Source: Lama glama (taxonomy: Eukaryota). Taken from it: a stretch of DNA of 64,000 bases. The first letter of the stretch is position 1, and each line of letters opens with the position of its first letter. The stretch spans positions 95,110,001 to 95,174,000 of the forward strand of contig CM052817.1 of the NCBI GenBank assembly GCA_028534125.1, given 5' to 3'. Shown piece after piece: positions 13,346-26,602 of this stretch. A model generated the notes under the pieces. It did not search any database. It saw only the letters and a list, made by a program, of their open reading frames with translations, and had not been told where the DNA came from. The translations under genes and the position numbers were made by a program.

Positions 13346-16300
13346 TGTTGATGGCCTATACGCAGAGCAGGGAAGACCCCCAATGGTTCCAGGGCTGGTG
13401 AGCAAACAGGTGCAGGACCTACCACTGAACCCACTGTCACTCACTGCTTTCTCGCTGACACTGGAATTTGAAGGTTGAATCTTTCCCCTGGATATGAGCA
13501 CACGCACTCTTTGCATTTGAAACTCTCCAAACTTCATTTGAGATCGATTTTAAGGTTTCATCCTTTTGGTTAAGGCTTTGTTCTGTGTACTGAGTACTAT
13601 GAGTACTCATTTGGCATGTCAGTCAGAATTTGAGATAAGACTATTTCAACCAAAGCTGCCTGAAAACACCTTTGGCCCTTTCCTTTGGGAACAAGGGCTG
13701 CTTCTCTGAAACTGTGACAGTTTTTCATCTTCATTCTATTCTTTTGGAATGGGCTGGCCTCTGGGAACTGGCTGAAAAAGTCTGGCCCAGCTCCTCCAGG
13801 ACCAAGCTGTTTCCTTAGAACTGGCTGGGATTAGCCTACAAGCTGTTTGAATTGAGCTGTATGTGCTGTAAACTATTTGGAAATTGTTCTTTTACTACAG
13901 AGAAAAACCTCTGAGAAGTGGAATCCTAGTTATCTAAACATTCTGAGTGTGCCCACCCCTTAACAGGACGCCAGATAATTTTATGTTTAAAAGGTGAGGT
14001 CCTTCCTCATGTAAATCTCTAATTAAATGGACCTACCTGACTGAAGGCAATTTAGAATATAAATGACCATTACAGAGAATTTTTGAAATCTCTAACTTAA
14101 TTTCCTTAAAACTGAATAGGATTACAATGGCTCAAAAATGTCCAAAACTCAGCGTTAATGCTTATTTTGATTGGCATTTTGAGGCTTTTCAGCATTATCA
14201 GGAGGCTAAAATTGCCTCTCTGCAAAATAAAATTCTAAGATTAACTGAGGCAAACAAATGATTAAAGAAAGATAAAGTGGCTCCTGAAGCCTCAGGCTTC
14301 TCTTCCTTGGCTTCTTCGTCTTAGGCCCCATCTCATCTTGTCTCCTTCCCTCAGCTCCTTGCGGCCAGACTCCACCTCTGGCACCATCTTCCCCCTTCCC
14401 TTTTGTGCTGCCTACGCCTCCTCTATACCTTCAATTCCCCCATACCAATTCTTTTGCCAGCCTCCCCTTTTCTCTTAAATTCTCCCTTTTCCTCTGAACT
14501 TATCAGAACCTGTCCCTTTAAAATTAAGCCTTCTGAGAATCCAGAGGCTAAATCCTCAATTTCATATATTCCCTGGACCAAAATTGAACTGCAAGCCATT
14601 GTCAAAGATTTTCCCAAAGTAACTGAAGATCCTTACAGATTTGCTGAGTGATTTAATACAGTCATTAAAACTTGTCAATCTGGTATCTCTGAATCCTTTC
14701 AGCTTGTTAATGAAGGCCAGGTCCAGCACTGGATGAAAACTGCCAATTAGGAAAATCCTAAAAATTCTCTAAAATTATAACTGGGAGACCAGCCCATCAA
14801 CTTATCATACAATCAGGCCCCAGCAATTGCTCAAGCAACTTTATCATGCAATTCCTAGGATTTTTCCAAAGCCTGTTGATTGGAACAAAATTTAGACTTG
14901 CATACAAAAATCTGATGTACCTGTTTATGATTATTATAATCAACTTCTAATTCTTTTTAAAGAAAATTCTGGTCTTCCTTCAGATGTTGATTCAACCCAG
15001 GTAGCTTTTAACTCTGTTTATTAATGGGCTGAACTGGGACCATTTCCTTCTAGTAAAAGGACTAGGATGAACTGGGAAACTATGTCCATTCCAGATTTAG
15101 TTAATCTGATGAACCAGTTCTCTTGCACTCTAGAATCACTGACAAAATTCTTAATTTTCAATTTCAGCAAATTAAAGTCTCTAAATGGGACCAAAATCTT
15201 CCAAGTTTCTGCAAAGAGTCAGAACATTGGAAAAGAGATTGTTACAAATTTAAGCACCTTAGGCACCTTCAGCCCGCTAACCAGCCTCTCCAACATCCTC
15301 CTAATTCTCAGTGACAGGGCTCTGAGGAACTACAGGGGCTCCTCCCAATCCTCTCTCTTAACCAATTTCAAGAAACATTTCTCCAAATTGGGGATGAATC
15401 TCTCCCAGGCCTAATTAACACTGGAGCCACACTCTATACCCCAACTACTATAAAACAGCCCCTGCCTCAGAGAACTAAAACAGCTCAAATAGTGGGGATC
15501 TCTAATGATCCCCAAGAGGTTCCTGTCTCTGAACGTATCCCCTTTTGTTTAGGCTCTTTGAGAGATACACACCTTTCTTTCCCTTAGTTCCTCCACCCCT
15601 GTCTATTCATTACGCCAAGACTTCTTAGATAAGTATCATGCTGTAATTTCTTTCTCCCAAAAGGGGGAAATAATTTTAGAAACTGAGAGTAGTCATCAAA
15701 CTAACCAACCAAGTGAGTTAAATGACCCTTTGATATCTTTTACTTGTTTCATTTCTGATGGTCCTAGAACTGATTCTGGAAACACTGATCATTTGTCCCT
15801 CTTAAATCAGCTACTCCCTTCTTCATGGGCAAAATCCACAGCGCATCTCCCATCAAGATTCAGACCCCTCAAAACCTCTTCCAGAATTAATCAGTAACTT
15901 ATAAGTAAAAAAGTCTTTCAAGACATAAAGCCCACAATATAAGATTACAAGGCCTGAGGTCTCTATCTCTTGAGCTAGTCTCTGTAACACCCCCATTTTA
16001 CTGGTGAGAAAAACCTACAGGTGGAGGTTTGTCCAGGACCACCAGCAATAAACAACACTGTTATCTTTGGACACCCTGTTGCTCATAACCTTCATATGTC
16101 ACTAACATCCATTCCCACTATGAGTAAATTCTTTACTGTAATTGATTCATGCAGGGTATGCTTTAGTATTCCAGTTGATGAAGCTAGCCAATACCTTTTT
16201 GCCTTTACTTTGGAAGAAATATAATTCACCTGGGCAGTAATACCTCAGAGTTTTACTAAGTCTTTTTTCTCCCAAATCCTGAAGGCTGATCTGGATGATA

Positions 16301-17730
16301 TAAAGTTCCCTGGGGGTTCTACTTTGTTGCAATGATTTGCTTCTTTATTCTCCTTTTCAAGCCTCCTCATAGGAAGTCATCATCTACTTGCTAAAGCTTT
16401 TAGCCTTAAAGGGACATAAGATTGCCAAAGAAAACTGCAGTTGGCCCAAACCAGGTTTGCTATTTAGGGCATGTGATATCAGAACAAGGGCTACACCTAG
16501 ATCTCAATAGACTTCATGGTGTCCTAAGTTTCCCAAAACCCTTAAGCACCAACTGCAAGGTTTTCTCAGGCTAGTTGGTTACTGCTGAAATTAGACTTCG
16601 AATTTCTCTTCTATGGCCAAAGTTTCTATATGTTTTACTTAATGATAACAGCCCTGACCCAATTTTATGAGAAGAACCAGATGACATAGCTACCAAGGCC
16701 TTAATGGAGAGTTTGTTGAACCCACTTGCCCTTGGGCATTCCAATTATTCCCTTTTTGTATATGAAAATGGGAGGGGAATGCCCATGAGTTACTCACCCA
16801 AAAACATGGGGATCACCAGTGACCCATAGGGTATCACACCAGCAACTGGACCCTGTGGCATGAAAGATACCCCCCTTGCTTTGGAACCATTACAGCCACT
16901 GCTCTTTTAGTTAAAGTCACCAAGAAATTCACTGTGCAATTCCCTTTAATCACTTTTATACCTCATGCAACAGAAGCTCCCCTGAATTCTCATCATACTC
17001 AACACTTCTCAGTCAGCTGCCTCACCTCCTAAGAAATCCTTTGTTAGCTGTTCCTCACCTAACTCTTTTACATTGTAACAGCCTAAATCAGGCTACTCTT
17101 CCCCACCCAGTCACTGATGAAGTCCTTCACAACTGCTTTAATGCTGAAGGACCACCTCCTGACTCCTTGTGATGATCTACAGGAAATTCCTGTTTAATTC
17201 TGACTTCTCATGGTTCACTGATGGTTCTTATTTAAAAGGTGACAATGGCAAATATTGTGCTGGGTAAGCTATTACAACTCCTTCCGAGGCTACTGAGGCA
17301 GCAAACTTTACATATGGCTACTTCAACTGAAAAGGCTGAATTCTTTGCTCTTACACAGTCCTGTACTTTAACCAAGGACAAAACTGCCAACATTTATACT
17401 AAAAGTAGACGTGCTTTCAGAGTAGCTCATGATTTTGAAATGCTGTGAAAGCAACATGATTTCTTTACTTCCAGCAGAAATAAAATTTAAAATGGCCCCT
17501 ACATTCATAAATTATTGGATGCAACACATTTACCTCTGCTTTGCCTATAATTAAGATTTTGGAGAAATCTAAACTTGACTCTCTGGAAGCTAAGGGAAAT
17601 CACCTTGCTGATATTTCTGCAGGAATGCTGCCCTTAAAAGAACCAATAGCAGCCAAACCTCTGTCATGGTCCACAAGGGTATCTCCAAATGGTAACTTAG
17701 AAAAACTGGCTAGAAAAGCTAACCAAATAA
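13007..17730 (+). mobile_element. 3'-truncated class I (ERV1, gamma-like) endogenous retrovirus: LTR-leader-gag-pro-RT-RNase H
   Basis: Gag capsid PWTKIELQAIVKDFPKVTEDPYRFAE, zinc knuckle CKESEHWKRDC, protease LINTGATL (15411-15434), RT FFTVID..FSIPVDEASQYLFAFT, RNase H WFTDGS / AEFFAL / GNHLAD; no integrase, env or 3' LTR. Confidence 0.92.
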
Positions 17731-17975
17731 CTGAGTTATAGCAGAGAGAGGGGAGGATAAAGAGACCTTATGACATGTGCAGTTATACTGAAGTGGGTAC
17801 TAGCAAAGCAACTGTAAAGAGATTATATAACTATTTGTTTAAAATCCAATTAGATTTATTTTGGAATTAAAATAAAGCATCTAAACAAAAAGAATAGTAA
17901 AGTCAGCCCAGGGTACAAGGAAATTTTCAGTAGTTATTACAAACAGCTGTTTTGTTTTGTTTTGTTTTGTTTTAC

Positions 17976-18090
17976 CTGGTTTGCAAGATGAGAGTGACCA
18001 AACAGCTTGCGACCCAATTTCCCGTACTGTTCCAGTCCTTTCCAACTGCTTAGGGTCAGCACCAGGAGGTGTCTTGTTTGGTGTGGTCAT
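17976..18090 (-). CDS. ANAPC10: ANAPC10 first coding exon (coding part, 115 nt; exon starts ~18105)
   Basis: ATG at 18090, MTTPNKTPPGADPKQLERTGTVREIGSQAVWSLSSCKP(G); GT donor at 17974-17975; acceptor AG at 18106-18107. Confidence 0.97.
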
Positions 18091-19535
18091 TTTTTTTTTA
18101 ATATTCTACGTAGAAAAAAAGGAATATCCACATTACACCAGGGCCTAAGCATATTCCTACAATAGGTAAAAATAAAAATTTAGTAACCAAATGGATTGCT
18201 AATATTCCCTGGATATTAATTATCCATTGCTCAAAAGCAGTTGACAGAGCTTAATCACTGTGATTAAAAACTCTGGGGAATTCAGTTTTTATTTCTAAAA
18301 TATATTATATCATGACTTACAAGATGTGCAAAGCAGCAGAGGAGAGTAGTCAAAAGGACACAGCATCAAAGTGTCAGCTTCAGCCTCTTTAACTAGCCTA
18401 GACTTTGGGCAGGTCTGGGCTTTATTTCCTTTCCTGTCAAGTGGGTTGACTTGATCTATAATTTCATAATGTTATGCAGTTCTATACCTGTATGAGTAAA
18501 AATTTCTACTTCAAATGGAGTTTTTTCCCTAGAAAAGTTAGAATGAAATACTCTTATTTCAGGAATATGTAAATATTGGTCTACATTTTGAATAATCCAT
18601 TAAGTGATACAAAGAAAAATCACATCCCACTAGTTATCAAAAGTTTCATTTATATGTGCTCTTGCCATAGAACATAAAGTCAGAAAAAAGACTTCAAGGT
18701 CTAGAAGTCAGTAACTGGCCTATTCTGGACAAGTTTACTTCATCTTTTACATCTTTTGTTGGTTAATCTTGGTAAGTGTTTTCAAACATGAAAAAAAAAA
18801 AGACCCCTTGGATAGTGAGCAACATGTAAAACTGCTTTGGTAGTGCGAGGTTACAGCTACTGAATATCGTTATGAGTATATCCTATTATAAACTTGGCCC
18901 TAAAGGTCTGAAAACCGTGTCCTTGACACCTTCTGTCAAATCTCAGTTATTCCCTAATCTCCACACAAGCAACTGATACTCTTCAAATAATAGTAGCTAC
19001 TGGACTATAAACTTTGAAAAGGTCTGAGGTTTAAATGCTCCATTAGCAATTTATTAAATGAATAAGTTGATGAATGAATAGGTTCAATTAAAAACTATAG
19101 TATTTACCACCTGCAAGTTAAGTGAGGTCTAGGATGAGACAATTAAATCTGCGGCCTCGTCAAATGTCAAAAAAAAAAAAAAGGCCCATTTCTACACTGG
19201 AGCAGAATTCAACTGCCGAACTTGGTACTGGACGCCACCAAGTGGATAATGCACGGAGCTCGGAGAAGATTAGGTTCCTATTCTTCCACACAGTTCAGAA
19301 GGAGCTGAGGCCAAGGAGAGAACGCCACCGCGAGCAGTGTCTGGACCAGACTGTGCTGGTACTGCTTGACACTTCTGCCAGAAGTGCTGGAATGATGGAC
19401 AACGGCTCAAGATCCATTCCAGACCCACCCGCCTTGAGGAAATCAGGAGGGGAAAAGGAGACGGACACTGGGGAAGAGAAGGTATCCGCTTAAACCAGAA
19501 CCATCCTCCCCGTCGGGGAAAGCCCATGCACTTAC

Positions 19536-19640
19536 AGCTTACAGACCCGGCTTGCCACCACTCAGGTTTTCAGGATCCGCCACAGCTTCGCGCCACTCCC
19601 ACTCAGCTTCTCAGCATAGACTCTCTCCCCCAACGCCGTA
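19536..19640 (-). other. ANAPC10: Probable non-coding first exon of ANAPC10 (start approximate)
   Basis: Minus-strand donors GTAAGC (after 19543) and GTAAGT (after 19536) at the edge of the CpG island, upstream of the first coding exon. Confidence 0.55.
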
Positions 19641-19759
19641 ACTTGAGGTCGCAGCCCAATGACGTCAGTTCGCGCTGTCTCGCCCTACCACCCTCCAGGG
19701 CTCCGCCTAGCGCTCCCTGTCGCGCGTGCGCACTACGTCCTTGTGGCATGCGCGAGGCG

Positions 19760-19885
19760 GCGGCGGCGGCTGGGCACCGCCATTTTGGCCGGTGGCCGTA
19801 GGAACACGCCGTTTGCCTGAGAAGTGAAAGCAAGAGCTGGTTTGGCCTCTGCATGCCCCTCCGCGAGGGGAATCTGTCTTTCCAG
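19760..19885 (+). other. ABCE1: Probable non-coding exon 1 of ABCE1 (start approximate)
   Basis: Consensus donor CAG|GTAAGT after 19885 inside the CpG island; YY1 motif near the inferred start. Confidence 0.75.
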
Positions 19886-22114
19886 GTAAGTGGATACCCC
19901 GGCAAGGTTTGGCCGTTAGCTACAGTCCGCCACTTTAGGGACGTTCTCCGAGAGCCTTTAGGTTAGGCCTCAGGTGGCGGCTGTGGAGACGGCGGCGGCG
20001 CGTGGCAGCCGGCTTGGGAGAGACAGCTGGAACCGGCGGAGCGCGGGCGCCACCGACGTCTGGAACCGCCTCGCGCTTCCCTTCCAGCCCGCCTGGCTCC
20101 TGGCCGCTGTTGGTCGCCATCCTCGCCAGGGAACACGAAAGTGGACCTGGATGCTATCCCTTCAGTGTTACCGCCTCTACCGCCACCCCCTCTTACCCCG
20201 CTCCTACCCTAGAGCTGAATTTTCCCTTTAGAACTTACAGCATCCCCTCCTACCCCCCACTCTTTCCCGACACAGTGTAATGGGTATAACGTCACGGGTA
20301 CGAATCTGACTATGGGAAGTCGTGGCCTTTTCTTGTACCGTTTGGCGACTGTGCTATGAGTCATGGCATCTTGCCGCCATGGAGTCGCGGACTCCTTTTC
20401 CACTCCCAGTCTCTTTAGAAATGATGGCCAAACGTCACTGCTTTTCTCAGAGTAACGTGCACTCTACTGTAACCAGGGTTAGTTCAGTAATCTCCCAGGT
20501 TAACGCCTTCAGCATTTGGGGTGCGCTTTTACGAGATCCGCACTTTTCGTCTTGATGACTTCTCCGTTTTTCTCTTTACTGTATCTTAAAACTCCTTGAG
20601 ATCAGGGGTGGTGTCATTACTGAAAATAACTTTATTTTTACTTCAGTGGTTCATACATTATAGGCATGATGTGTCACGCCAGTTCCCACATCCCATAAAC
20701 TACATAAGCTGTTTTCTCATTTTCTTGCGGTAAAACTGGCAAAAGTGAGAAATAGCTGTCAAAACAGTGTGTGTGTTTTGTTTTGCCCTCTTTTCCATAG
20801 AACTGTTAATTAGCAGTTATGATAATGGTATGTGTGTTGCAGTCCTCAATCTTTGTCCTTCATACTGAGAATATTCATTCTATATCAGTTACTTGACAAT
20901 AATGCTTTGTCAGTATTAACCAAGGGCTCTTATCTGTATCTCAGCCAAAAGGTATTTTTGTTTGTTTAAGTTTTAGTTAAAAGCCTTGTTCTTTCGTATA
21001 AAAATTTTTTTTGGAAGAACACTTAATATAATTGCTGGTGTGGGAGAAGGAGAAGGCAATGTTAATTTAGTATCCCTTCTAATTGTCTTCCATTTAATAC
21101 TCTGAAACCGTAGCTGTGCACCACTCCCAACTTGAGTTTCATAAGATTAATAATTTGCAATAGCATAAGTTAGAATATTTACATATCAAGCATCATTCAT
21201 TTACAGCAGTCTTTTAAATGCTTTCACAGGGTGTTATTATAATTTTGGTCTTAGACTGCAAAGGCTTTCCATGTATGTCTCACTTCCTTTTTCCCTCCCA
21301 GCTGGAAGGATGACAGTGAAGGTCATTTTCTGAATTTGTTTTCAGATTTGGCTTATTTTCAAATCCCTCTTTGTTCTAAGGGGTCTGTTCCTATAGTCTT
21401 CCCTTCCAAGCCTTCCTGTGCTGTTTCTTTCTCATTGAAAGAGAAAGTGGGGATTCCCTCTTCCCAGTTCTTGAAACTAACATAGAAATTTAATTAATAG
21501 TGTTTACACAGTTAATTAACAGTCTGTAAAGGATCTGTATTCATTTTTCTTAAAAGCATTATAATCTACTTTTTCATGTAAATCAACTTATTAACCATCT
21601 CTGGTATCGTCTCTTACAGTCATTTGGTTTTTTGAATGGTTTGAAATACTAGATGAAGCATTGTAGTAGTTTGACAGAAATAAACTTTAATATAATGATA
21701 AATCAGTGAAGATTTAGCCCCTACAGGGGAATTCATTATGCTTAGTTCGTGTTGAGCCACAATGAATATGTATGATGTCCAGTTTTATTTTAATAGCTAA
21801 CTAAAGAATCTTTGGTTTCTAGGGAGTTGTCACTTCCAGAATGATAGCTTTTTTAGGAATTCAAAGGTTAATTTAGTTTCTTTTTCTAATCTTTAGACGG
21901 CCTGAACCATTTGCTGAAGATTTTAAAGGGGTAAAGTGAACCTATCAGTTAGCATAACTGTTTATTACATAAAATTTAGTCTCCTTTTGGATGATTTTTT
22001 TTTTCTGGTATATACTTTAGTGGATAACTGTCACTATAATATATTGGTAACTTGCAGTATTTCTGAAGTTATTGTAGCCTGTAGGAAAATTATTTACCAT
22101 ATCTGAATTCATTT

Positions 22115-22230
22115 TCTTATTTTATTTAACAGAAATATTTGAGCTCCTACTATGTGGTAGTCACTGGTCCAGCCACTAGGATGAACAGACAAAAATTCCT
22201 GCCCTCATGTTGGAGTACATTCTGTTTGGA
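22115..22230 (-). repeat. LINE-2 3' fragment
   Basis: tatttgagctcctactatgtg...gatgaacagacaaaaattcctgccctcatg. Confidence 0.7.
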
Positions 22231-23567
22231 GAGGGGAAAATATAGTCTGTGCATGGAGAGAGAATATATAAATACATACACTACACAATAAGTGTGTATA
22301 TATACCATAGATGTATATATATATGAAATCTTTATTATGTCATATAGTGGAAAGAGCTAAGGAGAGTAAAACGAAGCAGTTCTATATTTTTAGGCTGTTT
22401 CTAGTGAGGAGGGAGAGAAATAGTCTGGAAGCAGCACTGAGCAGCAAGATCTTTTACCCCCTTCCAAGCTTAGTGATATTGAGGGGTACTAGTGAGGTCT
22501 ACAAGAGAAAGCAATCTGTCAAAAAACGTCTGGGTAGAGGATCACAGTTGATAGAAAAAGCCAATAGAATGTCTTTGTCAATCAGTAGTCTTTTAGCTTC
22601 AGTTTCTTTCATTACATGTTAGGATAAACTGAAGTATTAACGCACTTTTTGGAATTACTTTAATCACCTTCTAAGAATATTAATGTCTGTCCCTAAGCCC
22701 AATATCATAAGAGATTTTTAAGTTAATATTGACTTCAGCTACATAATTGATGGCACTGTGAAATATGAAGACTTATGAAAGCTATAAAAGCGGGCAGTCT
22801 GTGCATTTAGTTCTTGGTCTCATTCTCATTTCAATGCTGTTAGTGTAAAATTCATCTTGGCAGTATTATAAATTCGCAGGGAAAGAAGTTTTTACTTCTT
22901 CCAGTTGACCAACATGATGGTTAAAACCTTAATAATGGTTTGCCATTTCCATCAATAGTGTCATTAGCTCAGATGGTTAAGACATGAAGTGATACTTAGC
23001 TTGAAGGAGGAAGTAAACATCTTTATCATATGTATGTTTTCATATCAAGTCTTTCTGTTCTGTTTATTGATCTATATTCTTACTCGGGTACCAGCATTAA
23101 TTTCTGATACCTTATAATCATTTTTTTCCATATGTCAGGTATAAGTTCCCCCATCCCACTTGCTCTCTTTCTGTTTTCCTAGCTAGTGCTACTTTTCTTT
23201 CTGCATAAGAGCTTTAGGTTTAATTTGTCTTGTTGAGTTTTTTCTCTTGAGATTGGATTAAACTTAAAAATTTAGGGAAGGTTGAAATCTCTGATAATCG
23301 ACAGTTCTGTACTGTAAAAACTCAGACAGCGTGTCATTGTCATTCTACTTGTTCAAGTCTTATGTCTTTCAGTGGTATTTTGAAAGTTTCCTCACATGTA
23401 TATATCTTAAGTTGATTCCTAGTCTTTTTTGTGACTCCTGAAAATGGTGTTTTTTCCTTTAAATGAATCTCCTGATTGATGGTATATAAAGTTTTGTTTT
23501 CCCAACCTTACTAAATTATTTTATTGCATTTACTAGCTTTTCTTTTCTCACTTGTTCCAGGTAATAA

Positions 23568-23843
<276 letters not shown>

Positions 23844-24692
23844 TAAAGATAAGAAAAGGTTTTAAAAGGCTTCGTAGTTCTCTAGGCTTTAGCATACACT
23901 TTTTTCCTTGTTAGTTTTTTAGATGGTAAAGGTAAGACCAGATGTTCTAAATTTCTTTTATTATTTTGTGATTAAATAATCTTGTTTAAGTTCACTGAAT
24001 ACGGAATCAAACTAGAGTTCAAATTACTAAGGTTCTTACTATTCTACAACATTCTCTAGTTACTTAAAGTCATGGAAAGGACTGCCAAGATGTTTGTTAT
24101 TTGATAGTATTCTCATTTTTTAAAAGCTTAATAAGACTATTCATGAGGTTTTGCTATAGTTTAAAGATTAAATAAACTTACAACAATTCAGAATTGATGA
24201 ATTGTTGGTAGTCTTTAAGGGCTATGCTAAAATAATAGTTACTTTAAATGTACTAGTGAGGTATAAGCTTACTGAATCTTAAAAGAAACTTCAGATGCCA
24301 TTTGTTAGAGTCTACCATGGTATTCAGAAATTCCATTAATAACATCTTTAATGCTATGTTTAATTTTGTCTACATATTAGATGTCTACATACCTTTTGGG
24401 AGTTCCCTGATCTGACTAACATATTTCATTCCCTTCTCTGGTATATGTTACCATTTTTCAAGGCATAGTTTATCATAGTAAATCAAACAAAATAAGCATG
24501 TTAGAGTCATCTTCCTCTTGCCTGACAGGAGTATTCATATAGGTAATAAGTTCAGAAATCTATCCCCACAAAGCACTAATTTAAGACATTATCTCAAATG
24601 TATTTCTTAGTGTATCCTTTGTTTTTGAAAATTTGCTTTTGTATGGAAATTTGGAACCAGAATTGCTGAAATAGCAATGTTCAGGAAATTAG

Positions 24693-24854
<162 letters not shown>

Positions 24855-26561
24855 TAACCTTAAAATGAAATCTAAAAATTCTGAATCTAAAAATTCTGAG
24901 TATATTATAACTATTTGTAAAGAAGCAAGATATAAAGCATTGAATAAAGGATATAAATTTAGGAAAATGTTATTCTTATATCGATAATCTAATAGTGTTG
25001 TTTTTTTCAGTTAGTTAAACCACCTTATTTAAAAGTTATCCTTGTAGTTTGCAACTTTGTAAAGCCATTTTTCTCTTTTTTCACCCTTTTATGTGAAGAG
25101 CATTCTCCAAATCTTTACCAGAACTTTTCGGAAATATAAATATAAAAAATACGAGTCATTTTACATATACTTTTTTTCAAATCTGTATTTAATTTTCAGT
25201 TCACACTTTTAAATAAAAATAGACACAACAAAAAAAATTTAATTTAACCTCATCCTTAAGTGCTGCTTTTTGCTATATTATACATTCTTCTATTGTTGAA
25301 TTTATCCTAGTAGTGTAATTTTTCAAAATACCTTAATTGGTTTTTGTTGTATTGAACAGCATATGAGGGCTTTTAACTCAAGAATGATGAATTTCCAACT
25401 TTAATTCATAAAAGATATTTGGGAGCCAGTGTACAAAGTTCTTAAGTTAGTTACTGTTATTTGCAGGTAATATTTTAGAAAGGACCTTTATCAGAATATG
25501 GATACCACCTGTTATTTTTTTCCTAATAAGGCTCATGGGTATTTTACATTGGTTTCTGAGTCCTCAGTTAAGTATCCATAAGCTTGGTAGTTGAAAGCAT
25601 TTTTCTTGTTTTGAAAATATAAGCAAGAAACGTTTCTCTGAGCAAATATTTGCTTATCTTCTGTTAAAAGCCTGCCAATGTTTTGGATGCAGGAAATCTT
25701 ATTTTGTGTATTATCTTCTACTTTATTTTTTTCTTTACTGCTATAGAAAAAGGAGATTCCAAAGATGAACAATGTGGATATTTTTTCCTTTGTAGATTTA
25801 GAGAAGTTTAAATAACTTGCAGCCTATATGCATTTTGTGTACATTGATGGAATAATAGAGAATTCTGTAAATGGAGGTAAACTCCGTTGGCAGAAAAATA
25901 CCATGAGTAAAGAATTAATAGTTTCTAGCAGAGGGTGGTGATTATTTTGTTAGAAAACAAGAGTTTTGTTTTTGTTTTTTAATTCTCTATCTTCTTGTAA
26001 CTCAGAAAATGGGAATTCACTGAAATCTTGATATACAGAGACTTTTGAATTGGTCCCCTGAGCTCACTGAACAGTTCTGGCAAACAGATCTCTAATCTGA
26101 TGTTGTCCTTTGGTTGTACCTGTGTAGTTACCTGTACTTCTGAGAAATTTTTCTAGCCACATTACCACTCTTAAATGACCTTCCACTTGCCATTTTTGTT
26201 CCTTGGACATTTATCTGATTGTTAGTCAGCTATTATTTGAATAAGTTTTTCCATGAAAAAGTTTTTTTTAATGTGAATTTACTCAGTTGGAATATAATGC
26301 ATCTTTTTCATGTGGGATGGTTAAAAATCACAACGGAAAGACATTAGTCCTTAATGTATGCAAGTGTTAATGCCAGCTGTTGTTGGGACATAAATAGACC
26401 AAAAAAGGCACAATCCATGACCTCAAAGGACTTCACAAGGTAGAAAAGGAAGCATACAAATACAGCAAGAAGGAAATAGAGGAAAGGCATCTCGTTGACT
26501 AATTATGGAATCGTATGCTCAACAACCATATTTTATCTTGTTCTTAATCTTCTCGTATAAG

Positions 26562-26602
26562 ACACACACGTACACACACACACAAACACACGCGCACACA
26601 CA
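26562..26602. repeat. Imperfect (CA)n microsatellite
   Basis: Direct reading. Confidence 0.85.

Larger units (their letters stand above)
19500..20550. promoter_or_regulatory. CpG island / bidirectional promoter of ANAPC10 and ABCE1
   Basis: Sharp GC- and CpG-rich island in AT-rich DNA between head-to-head genes; CCAAT 19656-19660, CRE TGACGTCA 19660-19667, NRF1 TGCGCACGCGCG 19721-19732 (minus), YY1 CCGCCATTTTG 19777-19787. Confidence 0.92.

Noticed and set aside
14403..17741. ERV gag/pol ORF fragments as functional genes
   Set aside because: Numerous stops and frameshifts; protease Asp and RT YxDD are disrupted
19122..20555. Cluster of 60-123 aa ORFs around the promoter
   Set aside because: Expected in a stop-poor CpG island; no recognisable protein motifs
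24869..24898. Perfect 15-bp tandem duplication AATCTAAAAATTCTG
   Set aside because: Ordinary slippage duplication; two copies without spacers, not CRISPR-like
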